From IMG/VR virus record IMGVR_UViG_650377934_000001: a stretch of DNA of 39,680 bases; one strand, written 5' to 3'. The notes beneath the pieces are model-generated. The model was given only the letters and a program-made list of their open reading frames with translations. It was not told the DNA's origin and did no database searches. Each line of letters starts with the position of its first letter. The stretch's first letter is position 1. This document shows, piece after piece, positions 28,921 to 37,235 of this stretch. A program made the position numbers and the translations under genes. The stretch comes from a virus. Taxonomy: Duplodnaviria; Heunggongvirae; Uroviricota; Caudoviricetes.

Positions 28921-28990
28921 GATCGTACCTCCGGAAAGGGGGCGGTGCTGCAACACCGCCTGAATTTACACATCAATCAGAGAGGATTTT

Positions 28991-29257
28991 ATGGAAAATA
29001 ATGTACAACCTTATGATGTTGCAGGTTATGCGATTGCATCAGCACTGGTGCGCCTTCTGGTGAAGAAGGCGATCATCACCGCAGAAGAGGGCAAAGCCAT
29101 TTTCAGCTCTTCAGCAGAGATTTTAAAAGATGCGCCTGCAATGAGAACAAGCCGCCGCGAAAAACTGCAACTGTCAAAGATCATGGAAGACATTATCAGT
29201 TCGTTAGACCCAGATGCTGACGGATCTCAAAAGCCTCAAACACATGAGCGTCAGTAA
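28991..29257 (+). CDS. Candidate antisense ORF (88 aa) within the early operon
   Basis: ATG at 28991 preceded by GAGAGGA with 5-nt spacer; product looks protein-like (charged, amphipathic); opposite strand to all neighbouring genes. Confidence 0.3.
   Translation: MENNVQPYDVAGYAIASALVRLLVKKAIITAEEGKAIFSSSAEILKDAPAMRTSRREKLQLSKIMEDIISSLDPDADGSQKPQTHERQ
29026..29193 (-). CDS. Possible small early ORF (55 aa) filling the gap upstream of gemA
   Basis: ATG 2 nt after the upstream stop; low-complexity product; below the ORF-track cutoff; conflicts with the antisense ORF 28991..29257. Confidence 0.3.
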   Translation of the reverse strand: MSSMIFDSCSFSRRLVLIAGASFKISAEELKMALPSSAVMIAFFTRRRTSADAIA

Positions 29258-29513
29258 CAATATCCTGGTCTGATAGCCCCAGCCTGCGGCGGATGTACTC
29301 CTCGCGGGCTGTTTCATTTTGCAGTGCCACTACTGTTTCCAGACGATTCATTTCGCGGTTGATAATGTCACGGACTTCTCTGGCGGTGAGATTATGCTTA
29401 ATACCATATTCAACGATAGCGCGAACACGTTCCAGCATCCCTTTTTCAGCCATGACGTTATCAATATTAAGGGGAGTAAATTTAGTTTCATTATTCATAT
29501 TATTCACCTTCAC
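29196..29513 (-). CDS. Early accessory protein, function unknown
   Basis: 105-aa ORF in the semi-essential early region. Confidence 0.55.
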   Translation of the reverse strand: MKVNNMNNETKFTPLNIDNVMAEKGMLERVRAIVEYGIKHNLTAREVRDIINREMNRLETVVALQNETAREEYIRRRLGLSDQDIVTDAHVFEAFEIRQHLGLTN

Positions 29514-29682
29514 AATTCATGCACGCTGTGTCATCGCCCATATCGCAGTGGTTGCATTTCAGCCCGCCACAATGAGGGCACTCTTTCAGATATTCAGGGG
29601 ATTCATTACCGCAGGTCGGGCATTCCTGTTTCACCGTGGTGAATTTCCCCAGCCACGAATACGATGTTTTATTGTTTTCCAT
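29500..29682 (-). CDS. Cys-rich zinc-ribbon mini-protein
   Basis: 60-aa ORF with CPTC...CPHC...CNHC...CMNC. Confidence 0.55.
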   Translation of the reverse strand: MENNKTSYSWLGKFTTVKQECPTCGNESPEYLKECPHCGGLKCNHCDMGDDTACMNCEGE

Positions 29683-30199
29683 TGTTTACCTCCGCCTGTT
29701 TTTGCGCCCGGATAAATTCGTCAGAAAGGATTTCAGTCATGCGGCCTTGCGCGGGTGTCATCCCCGTCATGACGTAAATCACATCACCAACACGGAACCA
29801 CTGGAGCGGCCCGAATATTGTTGCGCTGAAATCCAGTCCCAGTGCGGGTAAAAGAGCGTCTGTGCGGGCGTAAGTGACCGGAATATTCTCCTGCCATATT
29901 TTCGCCAGCTCTCTTGCCTGCTCCCTGAGATGAGCAGGTATCCGCGAAGTTCTGGGCCTGCAACTGTTACCTGATGCGGGCCGTTGTACGGTCCACAGCT
30001 CCCGCGAGAAAGGGCGCTCATTCCCCGGAAAGTTCACACCATGAAAATAACGCCCACCAATACTTGTGCTGAATACTGACCGGCAACCACAACCCAGAAC
30101 CTTATCAAGATGGCGGGCTTCTTCGCGTAGTTTCAGACAGTCCGCCATAAACTGGTCCCACGCCAGCAGTGCTGCGGGATTTGACGTTTTAAAAAACAT
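29669..30199 (-). CDS. Early accessory protein, function unknown
   Basis: 176 aa from the MFFKTSNP Met, which forms an ATGA overlap with the upstream stop. Confidence 0.55.
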   Translation of the reverse strand: MFFKTSNPAALLAWDQFMADCLKLREEARHLDKVLGCGCRSVFSTSIGGRYFHGVNFPGNERPFSRELWTVQRPASGNSCRPRTSRIPAHLREQARELAKIWQENIPVTYARTDALLPALGLDFSATIFGPLQWFRVGDVIYVMTGMTPAQGRMTEILSDEFIRAQKQAEVNNGKQ

Positions 30200-30729
30200 C
30201 ACGCCACCTCCTGCACCGCTGCGGGAGCCGGAGAACAATCAAGAATGAGATAACGCAGTACATGGTCGGTGATATTCCAGACGCTTGAACTGCAAATAAA
30301 ACGCCCCAGCCGGATATCGATATAAGCCATCACAAAACGGGGCATTCCCTGTTCGCACATTCTGTTATCCACCTCAGCAACAATGTGGACTGACTCACAG
30401 GTCAGCACGCCCGTCGCAAACTCTTTTGCCAGCGCGGGGATGGTATTACCTTCCACCCAGGGTAATGAGCGACGCCAGTTGCACCACACCGCATCATCAA
30501 CAGCAGGCTGCTCAGTTGCGTTTCGTCTTACAGGCGGCGTCGGACGCGGGCGCGGAACGTCATAAAATCCGTTGCATTCGGTGAGCACTCCGGCATCAAC
30601 CGCATCACGCAGGAAATACACCATTGACGAGGGCAGCATATTCATTTTTTCAGCCAGAACTCCGCAGGTCAGGCGTCCGTAAGCCCGTAATAATGTGCTG
30701 ACACCATTCAGAATTTTTGCATCAACCAT
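30199..30729 (-). CDS. Early accessory protein, function unknown
   Basis: 176-aa ORF downstream of gam. Confidence 0.55.
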   Translation of the reverse strand: MVDAKILNGVSTLLRAYGRLTCGVLAEKMNMLPSSMVYFLRDAVDAGVLTECNGFYDVPRPRPTPPVRRNATEQPAVDDAVWCNWRRSLPWVEGNTIPALAKEFATGVLTCESVHIVAEVDNRMCEQGMPRFVMAYIDIRLGRFICSSSVWNITDHVLRYLILDCSPAPAAVQEVA

Positions 30730-30827
30730 GTTTTATTCCTCAGTAATCTGTTTCAGGCGCGAGCAATCTCCTGACGTATCGCGCCATAATTAAAAGAATG
30801 TGAATTAATTAAATATTAATGGTGGTA

Positions 30828-31352
30828 TTAAATACCGGCTTCCTGTTCAAATGGAATAATAGAAAAATCCTCAATGCCTGATTTAACTGTAATTCCGGCA
30901 ACGCCTGCGACCGCTTTCGGTTCCAGTAAAATCGCTTCCTTGTTGATTTCCTGCTTCGTGCGAATAAAGCGTTGCAGGCCAAGACGCTCCAGCGTTTCCA
31001 TCACTGCATCCATACCACGAATACTTACTGATGGTGGACGGACCCGCCACGATACATCACCGGTGACAAGATTCGCCGTCTTCACTTTGCCGCCGTTCGT
31101 CAGTTCGTCGCGGTTCGCTTCACACCATCCCTGAACGCCTTTTGAAAGGGTTTCAATATCGGTTTTAATCGGTGCAATCCGGGCCGCAAATTTCTCCGTA
31201 ATTTCCGCGATGGCATCATTCATTTCCGTTTCCAGACGTGATGCTTCGCGCTGTAAATCCCCGATGCGTTTAATATCGGTAATCACCGCATCGCGGTTTT
31301 GTGGCACATAAGCCGCTGCGGCACTCTTGATACGTTTTGCTGGTTTAGCCAT
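30828..31352 (-). CDS. gam: Gam, DNA-end-binding host-nuclease inhibitor (Ku-like)
   Basis: 174-aa ORF; sequence and size match my recollection of Mu Gam. Confidence 0.85.
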   Translation of the reverse strand: MAKPAKRIKSAAAAYVPQNRDAVITDIKRIGDLQREASRLETEMNDAIAEITEKFAARIAPIKTDIETLSKGVQGWCEANRDELTNGGKVKTANLVTGDVSWRVRPPSVSIRGMDAVMETLERLGLQRFIRTKQEINKEAILLEPKAVAGVAGITVKSGIEDFSIIPFEQEAGI

Positions 31353-31371
31353 AAATTAAAGCTCCTGTTAA

Positions 31372-31671
31372 TTAATATCCGCTGTATACAATGCTGGATA
31401 CAGCTCGATTGCTTAATTCCATCTTTCGGGCAATAACATGAATATCCAGTCCTTCTTTATAAAGTTCACGACATAAATATTTGTCGTGTTCACTGATTCG
31501 GTATACACACAATGATATTCCGTGCCTTCTGGCATGTGCCCGGAGGGCGGTTGTGGCGACTTTCAGTTTTTCCGCCATTTCTTCAACGGTCATTTTCCCG
31601 ACGTTGGCTTCGATAAATTCCCGGTCTTCGCGTGACCAGCGCTTACGATTACACTTCATGTCAGTCACCAT
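31372..31671 (-). CDS. Early accessory protein, function unknown
   Basis: 99-aa ORF. Confidence 0.5.
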   Translation of the reverse strand: MVTDMKCNRKRWSREDREFIEANVGKMTVEEMAEKLKVATTALRAHARRHGISLCVYRISEHDKYLCRELYKEGLDIHVIARKMELSNRAVSSIVYSGY

Positions 31672-32115
31672 TCAGTACAGCAGAGGCTCGCGCAGTGATG
31701 CCGGAATATGCCGCAGCGATAACTGAACCGCTTTCAGGGCAAGCGAGGAATAACAGCAGCGCGCCCAGCCTTTTGCCATTAACCGGTAATCGCGCCAGAT
31801 ACGCTGCCACATTTCACGGGCTTCAGGGTCTGATGCGCAGATGTATTCCCGGTCCATGACGTACTCCCATAAATCCACGTTAAACGCATCGCCAGACGCA
31901 ATGGCGCGGGATATGCTTTCGCCGCAATAACGCGCACAGATGCTGTAATGGTCGAAAGTAATCAGGTAAGTTTTTTCACCATAGCCATCAACTTCACGCG
32001 CACAAATAAACTCGCGTAATTCACCACCGTTGTTATTGCGTTCCTGAATTCGGATTAATGCCTGAATTTCATTTCGGATTTTGACATTCATTGTCAGCGT
32101 TCCTTTCAGTGACAT
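31672..32115 (-). CDS. Early accessory protein, function unknown (alternative start at 32091)
   Basis: 147-aa ORF, Cys-containing. Confidence 0.5.
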   Translation of the reverse strand: MSLKGTLTMNVKIRNEIQALIRIQERNNNGGELREFICAREVDGYGEKTYLITFDHYSICARYCGESISRAIASGDAFNVDLWEYVMDREYICASDPEAREMWQRIWRDYRLMAKGWARCCYSSLALKAVQLSLRHIPASLREPLLY

Positions 32116-32369
32116 GTTTTTTCAACAGCCATTTCAGTGACACGACCACTGGTGATGACACCATCGTTTTTCAAAATCTCAATAGCTTCATGGGCTGACT
32201 CATTAATTATTTTCTGGCTTTTATTAAGCACCAGTAACGCCACCATGCCAGCAAGTGTACCCTCATCACCGTCCAGTTCCGCACTACCGTCCACCGCAAT
32301 GCTGGTGCGCAAATTCCGTCCTTTAATTCCAGATACTGTATTTTTAATTTCAATAATTACTTTTGCCAT
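32106..32369 (-). CDS. Early accessory protein, function unknown
   Basis: 87-aa ORF. Confidence 0.5.
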   Translation of the reverse strand: MAKVIIEIKNTVSGIKGRNLRTSIAVDGSAELDGDEGTLAGMVALLVLNKSQKIINESAHEAIEILKNDGVITSGRVTEMAVEKTCH

Positions 32370-32380
32370 TTTGTTTCACC

Positions 32381-32611
32381 TTATTGATTCTGAATAACCG
32401 CGCTGGCTTTTACCTTCGCGCCTTTTACCTGTTTAAAGAAAACTGCGCTGCACCACGGACAACATGTCAGGGAATCCCGAATTTCCTTTTCGGGTGAGCA
32501 TTGCGTCATAATCTGTTCACCACATCCGGGGCATTTATATGTCGTCAGCGGCACCCCGTGGCACTGACAGTGTTTAACCCATTCAATATATTTTTCAGCT
32601 TTAATACACAT
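32381..32611 (-). CDS. Cys-rich small protein (putative zinc-binding)
   Basis: 76 aa from the Met at 32611 preceded by GGAG; CQCHG...CPGCG...CCPWC. Confidence 0.5.
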   Translation of the reverse strand: MCIKAEKYIEWVKHCQCHGVPLTTYKCPGCGEQIMTQCSPEKEIRDSLTCCPWCSAVFFKQVKGAKVKASAVIQNQ

Positions 32612-32613
32612 CG

Positions 32614-32838
32614 TTATCTCCAGATAATCTGGCAACCATTAAGACGGGCCGTCCATACAGAACGGGCCACCCCGGACTTATGCTCCATAATTCTGACCGC
32701 GTTTTTTACCAGTTCCACCGGTGGGTAAGTGATTTCAAGAATCGGACGCGCCACGCCGAGATATGATTCATTTACATGACTCCCGCGCGCCTGTAACCAG
32801 TTCTGCGCATCCGTTGCCATTTTTATATTTCGGGCCAT
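32614..32838 (-). CDS. kil: Kil-like host-killing/cell-division inhibitor
   Basis: 74 aa from second Met; first ORF downstream of B, assigned by position and size. Confidence 0.6.
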
Positions 32839-32856
32839 CATAATTTCTTCTCCTTC

Positions 32857-33795
32857 TTAATTACGCAGCAGCGTTGAAATATCAACGTCCAGGTCTAATT
32901 CACGGAAAGCCTGACGCAGATAATCTTCGTTAACACGCTCACCTTTACCGTGAGCCGTCATGGCTGCAAGGCGAAGTGAATGATTCAGAATGCGAAGCGC
33001 ACCTGGTTTCTGCGCAATCTGCTGTAATAACTCCAGTTCTTTTTCGCCGTTAATCTGCCAGGCATCCGCAATAGCTTTTACATCGGCTTTTTTGGTTTTA
33101 TTAATTGCAGTGCGCTTTGCAATACGGGAAAACAGACGGGCAAATTCAACCGTTCTGTTACCCCCCGTCATATTTGAATAAACCCGGTGATTTCCCATCA
33201 GCACAAGGCCAATACGGGTTGATTCCTGTAACAGGCGGAGTTCTTCCAGAACTTCGGCACCAAGATGATCAGCTTCGTCGATGATAACCAGCCCCTGTGT
33301 ACCTTCAAGGCGACGTCGCAGGGCGCGGGAGAGCGGCCCTTTACGGCGTGGTGCGTCATTCATTCCCAGCTCAAACGCCAGTTCAGTAAGACATTCCAGA
33401 ACGCTGGCACAGGATGGCGTAATGGTGATCATCCAGACATTGTTATTGGTGCGGCGATATTCACGGGCCGCTTCGGTTTTGCCCACACCAGGATTGCCAC
33501 ATACAACAGCAATACTTTCAGTCAGGCTGGCAAAACGCATACTTGTCCAGATTTGTTTTACCGTCTGCGTTTCCACAAAGCGGGGCGGTTCAGGTAGTTC
33601 TGCCACTGCATGATATTTTTCCAGCCAGCGTTGCAGCATTTGTGAAACACGCTCGTTATCCCCGTTGTACTTATCATTGATAAAACTACTGATAGTTCCG
33701 GTAGAAAGCCCGCTCTCAAGAGCAATTTGTTTAAAGGTGGTTTCTTCATTTTCTACAAGCGTGCGCAGTCCTGCGCGAATATCGGAAATATTCAT
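32857..33795 (-). CDS. B: Transposition ATPase / target DNA activator MuB (AAA+)
   Basis: 312-aa ORF; Walker A GNPGVGKT and Walker B LVIIDEADHL; N-terminus MNISDIRAGL. Confidence 0.95.
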   Translation of the reverse strand: MNISDIRAGLRTLVENEETTFKQIALESGLSTGTISSFINDKYNGDNERVSQMLQRWLEKYHAVAELPEPPRFVETQTVKQIWTSMRFASLTESIAVVCGNPGVGKTEAAREYRRTNNNVWMITITPSCASVLECLTELAFELGMNDAPRRKGPLSRALRRRLEGTQGLVIIDEADHLGAEVLEELRLLQESTRIGLVLMGNHRVYSNMTGGNRTVEFARLFSRIAKRTAINKTKKADVKAIADAWQINGEKELELLQQIAQKPGALRILNHSLRLAAMTAHGKGERVNEDYLRQAFRELDLDVDISTLLRN

Positions 33796-33833
33796 CTGAA
33801 TAACCTCGTAATTAAATTTTGTTTAAACGTTAA

Positions 33834-35825
33834 TTAAATGGCTTTTTTACGTCTGTTCTGTTCCAGAATATCCAGCGAATGATTCAGATATTCATCACGC
33901 TCAGTTTCGTATTCATCATCACGCTCCTGATTCTTCACCCGTTCCGTATTACCGGAAGGCCGGAAAATACCAACAATTCGTGATTCTGGTGCTGCTGGTT
34001 CGGCTATCTGCGGCAGCAGTTCAGCAACTTCCAGCGCGTCCATTTGTTTCTGCGCCTTAATGGCTGCTTTCGTCGCAGATTTCAGTTGTTTCTGGCGGCG
34101 GCGATATTCACGGCCTGCCGCAGCATCATTAAATGCAACAGGTGCCAGACATTCCGCTTCACAGATAAACCGACCGTCCAGGGTGTAGCAATAAACCGTG
34201 CTGTGTAGCTGCTGCGGATCAAACCTGACCACAACTTTTTTCACGCCGGCATTCATTAATGCCATGTTGTAATAAACGTTTTTCGCGCCTTTAAGGGAGC
34301 CGCCAACTTTAAGCGTAAACTCGCCTTTGCGTGAAACGTTCACCGCCTCGGCAGGCAGTAACAGCATCCGTTTTTGTTCTTCGGTTGGCTTACGCACAAT
34401 CGTTCTGGCGTATTCACGCTCGAAAACATCATCAAACGAGAGTTTGCCCCCGCACATTTCTGTTTCACGGCCTGTTCTGGCATTGAACATCGCCACACCT
34501 TCGGCAAGGGTTTTCAGAAACAGCTCTGCATCAACAGCGCGGTCGCCATAGTTATCAGGTTTTGCCTGCGGATTTGGCCCCGTATATGCGCCAGCCAGTG
34601 CCGGATGCTTATCAACGTATTCCTCAAGCCCACCAACACCGAAAGCACGTTCAACAGGTTTTGCCTGGCCCCAGCCTTTACCGGCAACAACGCTTGTCCA
34701 GTGCATTTTCGCCCCCATCAGTAAAAACAGTCCTTTTGGATCGTCCTCTTTTACCTTAAAGCGGTAGCGATTGGGCGCGCCTCCCGTCAGCCATTTATTC
34801 GCAGCACCACGGGTGTTATCAATGGTGATGTGAAAATCCTCCGGGATACCGTAGCGAGTCACAACATCCATGAACGAGAGGCGAATTGAATCAATGTTCT
34901 CGCTCACATCGCAGCGCCAGCCCAGAATTTTTCGGGTTTTCACATCCTGCCAGAACCATGTTTTCGGACGGATCACATCACCGTTAAACCAGCGTACAAA
35001 GACGTTATGCAGATAACCGTCGCCGTTGATCCACTGCATGGCGTCCAGGTGTTCCACAGTTCGCTGCTGTGCCGGTATCAGATGCATCAGTGCATGTTCA
35101 CCTTCACGACAGGCAACAACCATTGCCTCGTCCAGTTGCTGAATCCGGCGAAAGGCCGTGGCACGGGAGGGAATACTCCAGCCATGCTCGCGGGCTGCCA
35201 GTTCCAGACGCTCATAACATTTGCGGAAAGCGGGTTTTTCCGGTCGCAGATAATCTGCAATCAGAAACTGCCAGGCATCCTCGTCAAATTCACTTTTGTG
35301 AACATTGCGACGGGATGCTCCACGTCCATCAACAAGTGCAGCCGCCCAGTCAGGCTTCGCAAACTTCTGTACCTGGTAATACTTGTCCCGCAAAGTGGAT
35401 GCGCTGACCTGGTAATGCCCTGCAACGGTCGCAAAAGCCGTTTTCGTTGAAATCCCCTGGTTCAGCATTTCGTCTGCAGCCTGAACCGCAGGCAACCATT
35501 TTTCAGCAAGTCTGCGCTGGGAATCGCTGGCGTTATCCCATTTGCTCCACAGTGCCTCACGATCATAATCATGGGCTTCCAGCGTGGGGCGGGCGATTTC
35601 AAAATACCCCAGGCTTGTTTCAATCTCTCCTTGTCTCAGCAATAACGCCGCTTTCGCTTCAACAGGTAAAGAGTTCGCATTGTATTCAATTGCTTTACCA
35701 CCTTTGACACCTGCTCTAGTGCGGTTTTGCCATCCTTGCTTTTTAGCAACATAAATCACACCAGCCGATGTTTTCGGCAAACCAGGAAGATTCGCACACT
35801 CTTTCGGTGATACCCAAAGTTCCAT
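33834..35825 (-). CDS. A: DDE transposase MuA
   Basis: 663 aa from MELWVSPKE (longest ORF begins with a GTG at 35834); N-terminal enhancer-binding domain homologous to repressor c. Confidence 0.95.
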
Positions 35826-35826
35826 G

Positions 35827-36054
35827 TTATTCACCTGCTTGATATCGGCTAGGCCAGATTACTTCCGGTTTAGTTTCTAAGGCGTTAGCAATAATCTGCT
35901 CACCCTTTGGCCAGTGTCGTTCTAGCGCATTAGCTAATGTAGTTGGCGCATAACCAAACTGCCGGGAAAGAGCTGATAAAGAGAGCTTTCTTTTCTTAAG
36001 TCCCGCAATCACATCCGCACGATGCCAATCACGGGCCTTTTCGTTGGAACACAT
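35827..36054 (-). CDS. ner: Ner, negative regulator of early transcription (DNA-binding)
   Basis: 75-aa ORF directly upstream of A, divergent from c. Confidence 0.9.
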
Positions 36055-36223
36055 TTAAAAACCCTCCTAAGTTTTGTAATCTATAAAGTTAGCAATTTAA
36101 CTAAGTGTAAAAACTTAGCTAGCTTACTAAAAAGATAATTACTGAAAAGCTTTTTGTAAAGCTGCTTTTTGGTAAATTCCTTTGATTACTGATTAACGCG
36201 TTGATAAATAAGGAGTTTAAATT
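36055..36223. promoter_or_regulatory. c-ner divergent promoter/operator region (early promoter, repressor promoter, operators, transposition enhancer)
   Basis: 169-bp AT-rich gap between divergent c and ner genes, about 0.93-1.1 kb from the left end. Confidence 0.7.
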
Positions 36224-36814
36224 TTGAAAAGTAACTTTATAGAAAAGAATAATACTGAAAAGTCAATTTGGTGTTCGCCGCAAGAAATTATGGCTGCTGA
36301 TGGTATGCCTGGATCTGTTGCTGGTGTTCACTATCGAGCAAATGTTCAAGGCTGGACGAAGCGAAAAAAGGAAGGTGTCAAGGGGGGGAAAGCTGTTGAA
36401 TACGATGTGATGTCGATGCCCACCAAAGAACGAGAGCAAGTTATTGCGCACTTGGGGTTATCCACACCGGATACTGGTGCTCAAGCCAATGAGAAACAGG
36501 ATTCTTCGGAACTGATAAACAAATTAACCACAACCTTAATCAATATGATTGAAGAGCTGGAACCAGATGAAGCACGCAAGGCACTGAAACTTTTAAGTAA
36601 AGGGGGGTTGTTGGCGTTAATGCCTCTTGTATTTAATGAACAGAAACTTTACAGCTTTATAGGATTTTCACAGCAAAGTATTCAGACGTTGATGATGCTA
36701 GATGCATTACCTGAAGAAAAACGCAAAGAGATTTTGTCAAAGTATGGGATTCATGAACAGGAAAGTGTTGTAGTACCTTCACAGGAACCACAGGAGGTAA
36801 AAAAAGCCGTATAA
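36224..36814 (+). CDS. c: Lysogeny repressor c
   Basis: 196-aa ORF with TTG start preceded by AAGGAG; N-terminal domain clearly homologous to the MuA N-terminus. Confidence 0.9.
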   Translation: MKSNFIEKNNTEKSIWCSPQEIMAADGMPGSVAGVHYRANVQGWTKRKKEGVKGGKAVEYDVMSMPTKEREQVIAHLGLSTPDTGAQANEKQDSSELINKLTTTLINMIEELEPDEARKALKLLSKGGLLALMPLVFNEQKLYSFIGFSQQSIQTLMMLDALPEEKRKEILSKYGIHEQESVVVPSQEPQEVKKAV

Positions 36815-36949
36815 CAACCATGAACCAGCTAAAACATACTTCACCTCACATAATCACACATGTAACATACCTAAACGGCATAAGCTGATTTGTGATATGA
36901 GTCATTTGGTGACAGCTTGGTTGTTATCGGTTTTGAACGTTTTTTGAAG

Positions 36950-37152
36950 CTGTTATTGAAATGATTTGCAGTGTTTTTGTTTTTCGTATTTTCAATGAAA
37001 CAAAAGCAATTTTTTACTATCTTTCGCGTTTCATTGATTAACGACTAAAATTTGCACTACAGGCTTGCAAGCCCCACCAAATCTAATCCCATCAGATCCC
37101 GAATAATCCAATGTCCTCCCGGTTTTTTTCGTACTTCAAGTGAATCAATACA
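36950..37152. other. Mu left end (attL) with transposase-binding repeats
   Basis: Reverse complement reads TGTATTGATTCACTTGAAGTACGAAAAAAACCGGGAGGACATTGG...; repeated CGAAA(A/G) motifs. Confidence 0.85.
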
Positions 37153-37157
37153 GCGGC
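37153..37157. repeat. Target-site duplication, right copy (GCGGC)
   Basis: Identical to 431-435. Confidence 0.9.
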
Positions 37158-37235
37158 GTAAACGCCTTATCCGGCCTACAGGACGTGATCGATCCGTAGG
37201 CCTGATAAGCGAAGCGCATCAGGCAGTTGCGCGGT
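37153..37235. repeat. Host intergenic REP/BIME-like palindromic unit, right part
   Basis: GCGGCGTAAACGCCTTATCCGGCCTAC followed by its inverted partner GTAGGCCTGATAAGCGAAGCGCATCAGGC. Confidence 0.65.

Larger units (their letters stand above)
436..37152 (-). mobile_element. Complete Mu-type transposable prophage (Mu or near-identical relative), 36,717 bp, phage left end at 37152 and right end at 436
   Basis: Termini 5'-TG...CA-3' with sequences I recognise as the Mu R and L ends; 5-bp TSD; full collinear Mu gene order on the - strand with repressor c on the + strand. Confidence 0.95.

Noticed and set aside
30730-30827. AT-rich gap downstream of gam with a short palindrome (GGTATTAAATACC) considered as a regulatory or small-RNA element
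   Set aside because: The stem is only 6 bp with no U-tract or promoter-like motifs that I could define; insufficient evidence.
436-37152. Possibility that the prophage carries an inserted defence island or other novel cargo system
   Set aside because: Total length equals the expected Mu size and every interval is accounted for by collinear Mu-type genes with tight coupling; no CRISPR repeats, no extra recombinase, no cluster of unrelated genes.
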